The notes beneath the pieces were generated by a model. That model had not been told where the DNA came from. It saw only the letters and a list, made by a program, of their open reading frames with translations, and searched no databases. From Raja brachyura (Eukaryota): DNA of 64,000 nucleotides. The stretch covers positions 72,416,001 to 72,480,000 of the forward strand of contig OY740787.1 in the NCBI GenBank assembly GCA_963514005.1, read 5' to 3'. Below are positions 12,945 through 25,390 of this stretch, piece after piece. Position 1 is the first letter of the stretch. Every line of letters starts with the position of its first letter. A program made the translations under genes and the position numbers.

Positions 12945-14190
12945 AACTCTCCCTCCCCTTTCTCTCTCTCCCCTTCCACTCTCTCCCTCTCCTCTCTCTC
13001 CCCCTCCACTCTCTCTCCACCTCCCCTCCCCCTCTTCCTCCGCTCTCCTCTCCCCGCCACCTCTCCCTTTCCTCCCCTTCTCCACCACCCCTCTGCTATC
13101 ACCTCCCCCTCTTCCCCTCTCCCCTCCCCTTCCTCATCCCTCTCTACTCCCATCACCCCCCTCCTCCTCCCACCCCCTTCCCTCTCTCCCCCACCCCCCT
13201 TCCTTCTCTCCACCTTCCCCTTCCCTCTCTCCCCCGCCCCCTTCCCCCCTACCCTTGTCCCTCTTCCACCACTCCCTTCCACCTACCCCTCTCTTCTACT
13301 CCCCCACCACCCTCCCCTCCCTCTCTCCAACTTCCACCACTCCCCCTACCCCTCTCCCCCTCCCTCCCAACTCTTCCACCTCTCTCCCTTCCCCCACCCC
13401 TCTCCCACCCCACCTCTCCCTCACCCACCCTCTCTCTCCCCTCCCTCCCTATCTCCCCCACCCCTTAAACCTTCTCCTCTCTCCCACTTCCGCCACTCTC
13501 CCCTACACCTCTCACCCTCCCTCCCCACTTCCACTTCTCTCTCCCCCATCCCCTACCTCTCCCTCTCCCTCTCCCACCCCTCTCTTCCCTCCTCCCTTCC
13601 CTCCCTCGTCACTCTTCCCCCTCTCTCCGCTCTCCCCCTCCCTCCCCACTCTTTCCCATCCCTCTACCACTCCCCCCTCCCCCACACTCTTCCCCCCTCT
13701 CCCCTTCCCCTCCCACAACTCTCACCACCTCCCTGAACCCTCTTTCACCTTCCCCCACCCCCCTCTCCTCCTCCCTCTCCCCCTCCCTCTCTCCTTACCG
13801 CTCCCACCCCTCTTCATCCCCATCTCCCCCCCACCCCCTTCCCATCGCTCCTGCACCACTCCCTGCTACCCCTCTTCCCATCACGTACCTCTCTTCTCCT
13901 CTCCCTCCCCTCCTCACCTCTCCCCCTCTCCTTTCCCTCTCTCTCCCCCTCCTTTCTCACCCCTTCTCTCTCCACACATCTCTCTCTCTCCCTCCTCTCT
14001 CTCTCTCTCCATCTCTCCCCTACCCCTCTTTCTCCCCCTCTCCTCTCCCCTCCACCTCCCTTTCCTCCCCTCTTCTCCATAACCCCTCTCCTCTCACCTT
14101 CCCCTCTCCTCTCCCCTCCCCTTCCCCTTACCCCACCCCTCTCTACCCCACTCACCCACCCTCAGGGACATGCTGCCCCCCCCCCCCCCG
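12945..14190. repeat. About 1.2-kb C/T-rich low-complexity tract
   Basis: Near-pure pyrimidine on the + strand. Confidence 0.95.
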
Positions 14191-15815
14191 CAACCGCACT
14201 TGGTCCAGTAATATTTAAAAGTGTAATAATTAATTTGGCAAATATACATTTCAATGCAAATAATTACATAAAATCTTTGGTGAGATAGTGTTAAAATGAA
14301 TGTTGATATTATGAACTACTCTGAAATATTCCCGACTCACTCGTTTCAGATACCGTTGTAATGTAAATATACAAAGTTCTTCTTTGGGAAAACCTGGATC
14401 GAAGTAGTGACATTATTAGATCACAGTGTTTTGTGAGCTAAAGTATGAATGATTTAATCTAGTCACAAGTATTATCACACCATTGTTCCAAAAATAAATT
14501 AATATAAATTCAGTAAAAAAATGGTCAACAATAAATTTAAGATTTTAAATAATTTACAACATATAAAGTGATTGGGAGGTGCAGAGAAAGTGGGATGATA
14601 TAGAACTAGTGTAAATGTGTGATCGATGGTCAGCATGGAATCCATCTGTCGAAGGACCCGTTTCCATGCTCTAAAAGCAACTGTATTTAAGTTGCATTGA
14701 CATCATCTGCCAACCGCTTTTTATATTCTGCAAAGCCTGAATGACTTATAGATGAAAGGTTTTATTTGAAAATACTGCTTTTTTTTTTTGGCCACGCAAT
14801 TTTACATTCATGTTATCAAACAGGCAGTCACTGTTCTTACCCAAGCAGTGAACTATTTAACTGCAATCTAATTCACATATCGTTGGATCTGCTGGCTTGT
14901 GCCTGAGGGTTAAGACAAATGGCCATTGAGATAGTGGATGCATTAATGTTGCTTTTAATACCCTAAACATTTTCTCATGATGGATGATGACAAATGTAAC
15001 ACTGGTAATTGGGAATGAGTAAAGTGGGATAAATATTGTCAGCAATGTAACCAGTGCTTTTGTGTGGATGGATGTGGCCGAATGGTGCACCAATACCTGT
15101 GCAATGTTAACAACTAGATTGATGGGCAGCAGCCAATATTGCTGTGTGAACTCTCATATGCAATCCGGCACTTTTTCTGTCTGCAAAGAAAGCACTGAAT
15201 ATGGCAATAGAACACGCACAAATTTTAATGGTCTGAAATTTCTTCAAAACAGCTTGCTGCCCATGCCTGCTGCTTGCTTACCTGCTAAACTTGCTCTCAC
15301 ACTCAGCAGTTCCCTTGGGGAATTTTGTCGTGAGACTGGCTCCATCTTGATTGCACAGTGTATTTCCTTCCAAAGAATTATCATTTAGAAGGCCTTGAAT
15401 AAACTTTCAATCACTGACACCATCTTCTCAGGAGAACTGTTTTGGCTGCTTATGCTGCTCTCAAGTTGTAAAACCTATCAAACTGTTTGAATGTTGATGA
15501 ATTATCTTACCATAGCATTTTAAGGGGCCTGACAGATTGGATGTTGGAGTAGGCCTTAGCTTAAAGGACTTTCTCCTGCTCATGCTTCTACTTTTTACCA
15601 TTAATAATAGAACTGTAATCCCCATTAATATTCTTAAACAGGGCTTCCAATGTTTTAAGATGCCATAACTGAAACTTTTATAATTCAGATTCACATAATC
15701 TGGAAGTGAAATTGGATTTTGAGGCTTTGTTTTGGATGCACCACATGCTCACTAGAAGCTGCTGATTATTTTTGCCAGCACTTGTATTATGGAACTCGGT
15801 GCCTCAGCTTATGTC

Positions 15816-17899
15816 TCTACATAACCTAAACTCTGATCTTGTGCTCTTCTGGTTTGTGCATTTTTTCTATTTGCGCAAAAACGGTAAGCGATAGTGCTAC
15901 GATTTTTAAAATTGTTTTCATTTAAAATTTTCCCTGAACTGACGAAGAAGTGAAGGAAGCGGAGATATATGCCACTACCCTTCCCTACACCCGCTCACCC
16001 GACCCTAGCTTCGGTTTTGAATTTGTGTTCAACCATAGCGCTACGATTTTTTGCCGGCTCACTCACCGTTCTCCTGTGCCGGGAGTGCACCATGTTTCGT
16101 TCAGATCGGTGGTAAATTGTAAAAGTTAGTGAGGTATAAAAATCTTAAAAACCGGGCGTGTGCAGATCGATCTCCTCTCCTGCCAGTCAGTGCTGTTTGG
16201 ATTAGTTTCTTCTCCTGTCACACGGCGGGATGGTCCTCCACATCCTGCGCCATCGCATCTTTACCAGAGCTGAGGGACGCTGTTGGTGGCCGGCAGAAGT
16301 CTCCAACCGGACACAATTTTCGGGACGGGGACCAGACGCGGCCCGGCATACGGGAGATGTCGCCAAACCGACAACTGACAATCTGAACCCAGCGGAGGAG
16401 AACGTCCAATGCCCGCTGTGAGTCCCTAATGCACCGCCATTGCAACGCCCCGCAGCTCCAGTCCCTTCCCTTCTGGTCCCCCTTGCTGGCTCCTGCCCCC
16501 CTCCCCCGTGATACCCCCCTCTCCCCCATGGCTCTTCCTCCATCTTTTCTCTGAGCTTCCCCCCCTCCCACCCACACCCACACTCCCCTTCCACCCACAC
16601 ACAGGCGCGGCCATAGCTGCTGGTGCTTCCGGGCTGATCCGAGGCCTGGCTCTGAGGGCGCCGATGGCTGATGCTCCTCCGGGGCACGCAAGAAGGGAGA
16701 GGAGCGGCAACCTCGAGATCCTGCAGAGGGAGAGTGAGGGAGGAGGGAATAGAGGGAGAGGAGGGAAGTAGGGTGGGGAGAGGAGTTATGGAGGGAGGGA
16801 GTGAGTGACTGAGGGTAGGGGGAGGGAGGGATTGGGGAGGGGAGGATGAAAGGGGAAAGAAGAAGGGAGGGTGAAGAGGAGGGGAGAGTGCTTGGGATGA
16901 TGGGAAATGAGCTGTGCCTGCGCTGTTGGGGGCTATGGGTGAGTGGTGGAATATTGCGTTGGGGGCCCAAGCCTCCTGCGTGACAGGGTTGTCAAGTCAA
17001 GTCAAGAGAGTTTATTGTCATGTGCCCCAGATAGGACAATGAAATTCCTGCTTGCTGCAGCACAACAGAATATTGTAGGCATAAATACAGATCAGATCAG
17101 AGTGTCTATATACCACAGAATATATATATATATACACACACATAAATAAACAGATAAAGTGCAATAGGCTGTTATAGTTCAGAGTTTGTTTGAAGTTGTG
17201 TTTAATAGTCTGATGGCTGTGGGAAGAAGCTGTTCCTGAATCTGGATGTTGCAGATTTCAGGATCCTGTACCTTCTACCTGATGGCAATGGAGAGATGAT
17301 TTTCTATGTTTCTATGAGTGTGTGGCCAGGATGGTGTGGGTCCTTGATGATGCTGGCAGCCTTTTTGAGGCAGAGCCTGCGATAGATCCCCTCGATGGTA
17401 GGGAGGTCAGAGCCGATGATGGACTGGGCAGTGTTTACAACTTTTTGCAGCCTTTTCTGCTCCTGACCCTCAGGTTGCCGTACCAAGCCACTATGTAACC
17501 AGTCAGCATGCTCTCTACTGTGCACCTGTAGAGGTTCGAGAGAGTCCTCCTTGACAAACCGACTCTCCGTAATCTTCTCAGGAAGTAGAGGCGCTGATGT
17601 GCTTTCTTTATGATTGCATCAGTATTCTGGGACCAGGAGAGATCTTTGTAAATATGCACGCCCAGGAATTTGACGTTCTTGACCCTTTCCACCATCGACC
17701 TGTTGATATAAACAGGACTATGGGTCCCCATCCTACCCCTTCTGAAGTCCACAATCAGTTCCTTGATTTTGCTGGTGTTGAGAGCCAGGTCATTATGCTG
17801 GCACCATTTGGTCAATCGGTCGATCTCACTTCTATACTTTGACTCGTCCCCATCAGTGATACGTCCCACAACAGTCCCAACGGGTCCCACTTAGTCTAG
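15816..17899 (+). mobile_element. Non-autonomous Helitron-like element with a nested LINE fragment
   Basis: 5' TCtacataacctaaactct; 3' cccaacggg hairpin remnant then tcccacttagtCTAG|T. Confidence 0.75.
16991..17873 (-). mobile_element. 5'-truncated Rex1/Babar-type (L2-related) LINE, RT C-terminus
   Basis: ORF 17435..17890: WCQHNDLALNTSKIKELIVDFRR...KFLGVHI...KKAHQRLYFLRRLRR; (cttga)n 3' tail. Confidence 0.85.
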
Positions 17900-20491
17900 T
17901 CATCTCTTAAATATGCACCGCTGAACATGCTTTTAATAGAAGGGATACCTCCTTTGATGTCCTATCAGGTGTTATTTTGATGTACATGATATATTACCCA
18001 TTGAATGAATGCCTGTTTCAATGCTAAGTTCATCGACAACAAAAAATGGCTAGCAAGTAAATACAATCTTGGTGACCTGTGCCTTTGGAGTAGAAGGGCA
18101 GGGAAGAGGCATGGATTAATTTAGGCCTATCGGGTCTCATTCTAGATGGCAATCAGTCATATTACTCACTTTCTGTAGGCCCGTTGCCAGCTTGTCAAGA
18201 TTGCCACCTGGAATGAAACAGTTGGAACAATGCCAATAGTTATAATACCCTTGAGTAGATTGTTAAATGTTCAGTTTATTAACAAATCAGTGCAAACACT
18301 GTTAAAACTATACCCAGGCCACAATCCTGCATCAACATGCAAGATTGCCACGACAGGAAAAATATGGTACCATCACTGAAAGCACTTGCAGTCTAAGAGT
18401 GTAACTCCCCAGTAATATCCTCTATCTAAAATAGTTGTCAGCTCATGGGCTGATAATTTTCTGCAGTATTTCCTGATACAATACTTTGGTGAGGGTGACC
18501 CATCCAGGGATCACTCCAGCAGGCCTCCATTCAAATGCCTATCTCCAAGGCCATCTGGCTGGAAGGAACCAAAGCCTAACGGTGCAGCTTCGCAAGAACA
18601 TAGGGCACCTCTTGAGAGCTGTTCCATCAGAATGCCAAAAGCATGCTGTTTCTCATTGCAATAACTTCTCCTGTGAATGATGTGTTCAAAGTTTTGTTGG
18701 CTACAGCCTTGTCTTTATTCTCAACCAGTTGATTCTGCCCGTGCTGAAGAATCAGTAACTGTGTCCAGTGACCAAACTACCAGAAGGCAAGACTCGCCAG
18801 GGTTTGGAACAAGCAAAATAACCATAGTTACTAATAACTTAATTACATCGAGGCCTCTGGCACTGCAGTTAATTATTTCCAGGGACACTACACTAAAGAG
18901 AGTCAAATACTCTCGGGACCATGAGTTACTTGCAAGGCATTTCCCTTATTGTACAGCATTCCTGGGAGAATGAGCACAGAGCAGGTTGAGAAGAACAAAC
19001 TGCTGGCGGAGCCAAAAGAGAAGACCTCAGCAGGAGATAGTAGCCTCTCGGGTGTTAAGAAAATAACTCCCCTGTCTGAATCTCAGCAAGGAACAACATG
19101 TGAGGTGTTTGCATTTACTGGCATCCTCATTGAGATATGTCACTTGCTTCAGCTGCAACTAACTGTCAAAAGTCACAAAGGTTGTTAAGGTGACCGTGGC
19201 AATGAGCAGTTTTACATCCAGAGCTTGAGCTATTTGAAGCATTTTGCCAGACATTCAGCCATCGAGATCTCTAAAGCGTTACTCACAGAACTTCATTCTC
19301 TGTTGCGTGAAACTAGTAGGCGGAGTGAACACATGGTGTGGTGAGAATTGTTGGCTTCCATATGATGCAGGATGTCGATACTTTTGTAAGTGTGTCGTAT
19401 TAATTTTCCCCTTTGCAGGAACCGAAAGGCTTTACAACCATGTTTCCAGCATGTTCTGTAATTGTTCCAGTCAGCAGGCCAGACAGCCGCCATGGAAAGT
19501 GAAACATGATGGTGGATTAACATGTCCCTGTAGGTACCAGGAATTGCATGTGTACGCCACTTTGGACATCGTCACTGGAAAATTGCTGCTATTTCCATAA
19601 TCAGGTTTATTAATTTACTTTAAACAGTCCTCTTGTTGTCAGTTACTTAAATGTGAATTTGCAATACAAATGTAAGAAGATACTTGTAAGTTCAATACTT
19701 ACCCCTTTCCCCTTTTCTAGAAGTAACAGACAAGGCTGATGTAGGAATGATGCACAAAGGTTTATTAAATTGCTTTATCATTTTTATTATAATCTGATCT
19801 TTCAACACAGTAATAAAGGGACGTAAACATGTCACTGAACGCTTCCACAATGCTTTATTATGGATGCAGCGGCAATTATTTTTTGCTTGCAATTTTGCCG
19901 TTCATCACTTTCTGTCTAAATAAGAACTGCTAGGTTAGAAATGTTTTGTTCCCCAACTGTGTCTAAAATGTGTGCAGAAATTTAAAATCTATTATGTCAC
20001 AACTTTGCCCAAAGAAAGCTGCAGAGATTTTACAGGCCAGAGTAGATGTACATTATTTTCCTGGTTCTGAATTATGGTTAACTGATCCTATAATTTCAAA
20101 GATGCATCTGTCTTTAATCGTACCATAACTAACAGCCAAAGAAATTAAGGTCATGAGCCTGTTAACAAAATTGATTTTAAGGGCTTCAATCCCGTCCTAT
20201 AATATTCTTCATGGATAATGTTACTTGAAGCTTAAAAATGTCTGTTCAGTTTCATGCATAAAATAATTTTTCAAATCTTATTTTTCTTTCTTGTTCCCTC
20301 AACTGGAGTTGGCGTCTTTCCCTTGCCTCTATATAATTGGCAATACTTTACACGTAATCGCTTTCCTCATCATTGTTCTATCTGTCATTAGTTACATAGT
20401 TAGCAAGGCGAGGTAGATGTTAAGCAACATATTCTTAATGCTGTTATGTGAACATAAATATAAGCAGAATGTTTCTACCATGCGGTGCACA

Positions 20492-21272
20492 TCTATATAC
20501 TTATAAAACTCGGATCGTTATTATGTTTGCTTGCTTGATCTACATACTTATAAAACTCTCATCGTTATTATGTTTGCTTGCTTGTGAATCACATCTCCTC
20601 GAAAACCCGACGCAGTAACGGTGACATTTTTATATATTCCGGTAGAGAATTATCTCATGATTTAAAAAATCCCCTCATCTGAAAATGTGGTTAATTATTT
20701 CTTTCATTATTTCTTCAAATTCTTCACCAATCTGGAGCTAAAGCTAACTTAAGCTGAAGCTAACGGGCTGATGACGTCACAATGCCTCTACTCCTCGCGG
20801 CGAGCTGCGCAGATTTTTCAAGGCAGAGCCTGCTGGCCACTCTTTCCCATGAGCTGCGAGTTATGTGCCCCCCCCCCCAAAAACTTGCACTCCGACAGCC
20901 AACCAGAGAAATAACAGCGAGCACCCGAGTGCGGCCAGCTGTAGCGCCCCGCCCCGCCCACAGCCCAGCATGCCCCTCCAGGGCTCTGTATTGACAACCC
21001 AAGAGACCGAGAAATGCAGAGGAGCACCCGAGTGCTGCCGGCCATAGTGCCCCACCCCACCCACACCCATCACCCCCCAGGGCTGAGTTACGTACCCCCC
21101 CTCCTCCACCCCCCCTCCTCCCTCCCTACCCCTCTCAACCCCCCTCCCTCCCTGTGTGTGTGGGGGTGGTTAGTGTGTGTGTGATGCCACAGCCTCCCCC
21201 GCCCCCCCCCCCCCCCCCCCCCCGCAACCGCGTATTGAGGGGACGTGACCCAATGGGTCCCCCTTGGTCTAG
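20492..21272 (+). mobile_element. Non-autonomous Helitron, both termini intact
   Basis: A|TCtatatacttataaaactc 5' end; gacccaatgggtc hairpin about 10 nt before CTAG|T; inserted between A and T with no TSD. Confidence 0.85.
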
Positions 21273-21394
21273 TTGAAAATAAAATTAAATTGAGGGAACA
21301 ATAACGTGGAAATTAAGTGACTTAACATGTATATATATATAATGACTAGCATCATAATGTATGTATAACTATGACTAGCAAAGTAATGTATTTT

Positions 21395-21960
21395 CATGAT
21401 GCTGTATTATGGGACTTTGGTTAGGCCGCATTGGGAGTATTGTTGCAGTTCTGGTCGCCCCATTGCAGGAAAGATGTGGAGGCTTTGGAGAGGGTGCAGG
21501 GGAGGTGTACCAAAATGCTGCCTGGATGGGAGGATTTCAGTTACAGGGAGAAGTTGGGTAGACTTGGATTGTTTTATCTGGAATGTCAGAGGTTGAGGTG
21601 AAACATGATAGAAGTATATAAAACTATTAGAGTTATAGAGAGGGTGCAGCGTCAGAACCTTTTTCCTAGAGTGGAAATGTCCAACACCACAATACATAGC
21701 TATAAGATGAGAGGGGGGATGTTTAATGGAGATGTGCGAGGCAGGTTTGTTACACAGAGAGTATTGGGAGCCTGGAGCGCATTGCCAGGGGTGGTGGTGG
21801 AGGCAGATATAATAGTGGTGTTTATGAGGCTTTTAGATAGGCATATCGAAGTGCAGGGAATAGAGGGATATAGATCATGTACCGGCAGATGAGTTGAACT
21901 TGGCATCATGTTCGGCACAAACATTGTGGGCCTAAGCTGTACTGTTTTCTGTTCTATGTA
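21395..21960 (+). mobile_element. CR1 LINE 3' fragment
   Basis: LYYGTLVRPHWEYC; MIEVYKTIR...FVTQRVLGAWSALP. Confidence 0.85.
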
Positions 21961-22087
21961 TAATCGTTTTTTAACTAATATCTCTACTGTTATAAAACTA
22001 ACTATGCACAGCAACTTTTGGAAAAAAAGGAAATTATCAGATGCCAGTTAGCTTTTTAGGAGAGCTTCCTGTTGAACCACATCGTGG

Positions 22088-22295
22088 GTGGCAGTGTGGC
22101 ACAGGGGTGCAGTAGGTGGAGTTGCTCCTTCACAGTTCTGATCACCAGAGTTTGATCCGAAACCTCAGTGCCTTCTGTGGAGGTGTTCTGCGGAGAGTTG
22201 ATATGAATGCAGGAGAATAAAATAGGACTTGTATAAATGGCTGTTTGATGTTCAACAAGGACTAAGGGGCCAAAACGTATATATCCGTGCTGTAA
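22088..22295 (+). mobile_element. Degenerate HE1-like SINE
   Basis: tRNA-like head ggtgcagtaggtggagttgctccttcacag...gagtttgatcc; CR1-type tail. Confidence 0.55.
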
Positions 22296-22808
22296 TTTCC
22301 GTGCTATATATTTCCTGCTAATTTAATTCCAGACCTGAAGATTAAATAACAACCTGTGCAGATGATATGGATTAGAAATTCATCCTTTTCTGCTTGTTTT
22401 TTGGAATATGTCAAATTCTCCCTTGTCATTCCCCCAAGTCTTGTTGGCAAAGGTATTGGAGGTTGATAATAATTGTACTCGTGGCATTCATATTAATAAT
22501 AATAAAGATATTGCTGATTACTGAGTGTTGCAATATTGCAACGAAGGAGATGAATATTATATTCCCACACGGAGTTTATACTTATTACTCTCAACATTAT
22601 ATTCAAGAGAATAGTGCCAATTTTAAAATAAATTATCACAAGATTCTGTCTTGCTATCAACTTCATTTATTGCTGTGAACCCCTAATAAACAGAATAGGT
22701 TATAAATATATGATGTATAATAATCCAGAATGCAACTACAGCACCTGCTTATGAGTTGAAAGATGTCTATGAAATGTGTATAACACAATGCTTGACTTAA
22801 ATTCTTGA

Positions 22809-23021
22809 AGGGCCTGTCCCATTTGGCCGTCATTTGCGCGTAATTTACGCAACATCATTTCAGGATGCACGCATCATGACACGCACGTGATGCGCGCATG
22901 GTGCGCGGTGACATAGGCAGTGACGCACGGTTGTGTGCAACGTCCCAGGATTTTGTGATGTACAAAATCTTCACGCGCCATCTGCCTGATGTTCAAATGA
23001 CGGCCAAGTGGAACAGGCCCT
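22809..23021. mobile_element. PIF/Harbinger-like MITE (family B)
   Basis: TIR agggcctgtcccatttggccgtcatttg / caaatgacggccaagtggaacaggccct; flanks TGA/TTA; CpG-rich body. Confidence 0.8.
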
Positions 23022-23407
23022 TTAGAAATCGTATTGAGAAATAAAATGTTTTTATTATGTACTAATTTTTAAAAAGTTACAACAAAAAAAAATCGTATTG
23101 AGGGAGATTTTACTTTGTTTTTTGTTGCACAAGATGTGCAAATACACAGGGGTACTAGGACATGTATTCTGACATTTGATGGCATGAATTTCTTCAGTAA
23201 GAGGTTAGTGAATCTGTGGAATGCATTGCCAGGGAAGGTTGTTGAGGCCAGATCAATTTAAGGATAATTTAGTTACTAAAACACTTCTAACACTTCTAAC
23301 ATGAGAATTTGAAGATTCGGCACGGGCTGGTTAGGTGAAGGATATTCCAGAGAGGATGTATGCTCTGGCACCAACGTGGAATTAAATGGAATGGAGCAGG
23401 ATTGGGG

Positions 23408-23815
23408 TGGGCACCACAGTGATGCAACAGAGACCAAGGTTCGCTCCTGACCTCTGGTGCAGTATGTGCGGCATTTAAGCATTTTCAGTTTGACCTCGTG
23501 GATCTCCCCCAGGTGCTCTGGTTTCCTCCAAGCTAAAGATGTACTTGGTTAATTAACTTGTATATTGCCTTGTGTTTGTGGATGGTAGTATAATCAGTGG
23601 AACTGATGGGTGCAAAAACAGACAGTGGGCTAAGGCAGATAGTACGATGATCCCCAAGGCTGGGTGAGGGACCTCACTGAAACCTGGTTGAAACCGGATG
23701 TGTAGGAAGGAACTGCAGATGCTGGTTTATACCGAAGATAGACACAAAGTGCTGAAGCAACTTAGCGGGTCAAGTAGCATCTGTGGAGAGAAGGACCAGG
23801 TGACATTTTGAGTCG
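23408..23815. mobile_element. Degenerate SINE (+, 23408-23590) followed by a Penelope 3'-repeat fragment (-, 23700-23815)
   Basis: ggtgctctggtttcctcca...aaagatgt; gtaggaaggaactgcagatgctggtttat. Confidence 0.6.
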
Positions 23816-25390
23816 GACTAAAAGTAGAGGTTGGTGGGGGGGGGGGGGGGGGAGGAGGAGGTGTTTGTGTGTGTGTGTATGTACGATATGGGTGAACTGG
23901 ACAATACCAGTCTCAGTGATCATTTGCAAATAAAAGAGACCTTCAGTGAATCTATGCCCAGATTGTGCGTGACAACCATTGCACAGACTGCAGGTAGTTC
24001 GAAACCTAATGCAGGATTATATATATTTGGCAAAAAGAACATTCAAATAACTTTTATAGCACATAGCACTGCAGAGTACGGCACAGTGGACATGAATTCC
24101 TTTATCGTATGTACTCACTGAGCATGCGGAGTAGAGATACATAAGGGGAAGTGTAGATGAGGGGTAGCATAAAAAACAATATATGCTTTGTATCTGGAAG
24201 TAGGACAGGAGAGCATCTGCCCTGGGATGGGTGTTTCCAAAGTTGGTCAATTTATACCAAAGAGGGTTTGTTCTCAAATAAACCCGGGCATGCACGTGAA
24301 TTTTACCCATCTGCATTGGGTATGCGCGAGAGAATAAGTTACAATAAAATAAGTGGGGGGATGGGAAAGATGTGATTGTATTCAGAGTGCTGAATGGTGC
24401 CTTTTGTGGCATGAGAAATATCAGAAATTTACAAATGGGAAACGGCGCTGAATAGTGTGTGGGGACGAGGAAGGGCAGGGTTGTACGGACGTTTAATATT
24501 TGGCTACAGGAAGAAAATGCAGGAAGTTGAGGACAGATAATGGACATGTACGTTTTTACGAGAGGCAGAAGGTAGGCACCGCTGTCTGGGAAAATGCTTA
24601 AATTGGTGGAGCAATAACTAACAGCTTTATCTCCAGGCAGACTGCATATTCTGCCAAAATGTAACAAAAGCACATAAAAAAATCTTGGTGCAATTCCCAA
24701 AGTGCGAAAACTGATTGGATGGTGATCTGTGTTCATTTAGCTATATGCTAATAGCGCATATATAAATTTGCATAATCCATATGTGTATTGTAGGTTGCCT
24801 GATGTGGCGGGAGTCCCCTGGGATGGCTGTATTAACCTTTATTTCGAAGGGAAGATGAGCCTCTGCTCCAGATGTTCTTTTGCGGGTCATTGTGCAGCAG
24901 ATGGTAACATTTTGTGACAGCCTGTCTTCTGAAGTGGAGGGTGGCAATGACAGCTCTCCTCTGCCAGACTCAGTTACACATGGCGAGGTCTGTAAATGTA
25001 GGTCGCAGGTTAATGACGGATGGAATTGAAACACCTTGAGTGTCATGGCACCTGTACTTGTTGGTTCCTCATGAAAATGTTGCCATCGCTTCCTGAGCCG
25101 TGTATGGCTATGCAAACCCACAAAGGAGTTTGCCTCCTCACAGTGCTTGGTTGTGCCGTTCACAAGGCTGCAGAACACAAAAATAATGAAGCAGAGTATT
25201 TGCAGAGGAAAATGTCAAAAAGTGCAAAAGTAGCAGAAGCAATTGATGCATGAAAGTCCCCCTGCGACCTACATACATGTTTTAACTATCAAATCTAATT
25301 ACGGCCATTGAAAATATAAAAGGGAAGGCAGGAAGCTGGGCATGCAGTTGGAGGCAAGGGATGGAAGGAGGAAGGAAGAGAAAAGCATAA

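Larger units (their letters stand above)
10898..14208 (+). mobile_element. Non-autonomous Helitron-like element with internal duplications and polypyrimidine tracts (5' end approximate)
   Basis: 3' end ccccgcaaccg-cacttggtcCAG|T resembles the 3' ends at 17899 and 21272 (hairpin deleted, CTAG>CCAG); shares the gacgtcacaatg motif with 20492-21272. Confidence 0.6.

Noticed and set aside
11339-14155. Long Pro/Ser/Leu-rich and Gly/Glu/Arg-rich ORFs (extensin-like)
   Set aside because: Artefacts of stop-free C/T low-complexity tracts
16129-16970. GC-rich CpG-island-like region with ORFs up to 250 aa
   Set aside because: Lies inside a Helitron-like element; no recognisable captured gene or promoter evidence
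24017-24736. 239-aa minus-strand ORF
   Set aside because: No recognisable motifs or splice context; composition looks random; probably chance or a decayed repeat
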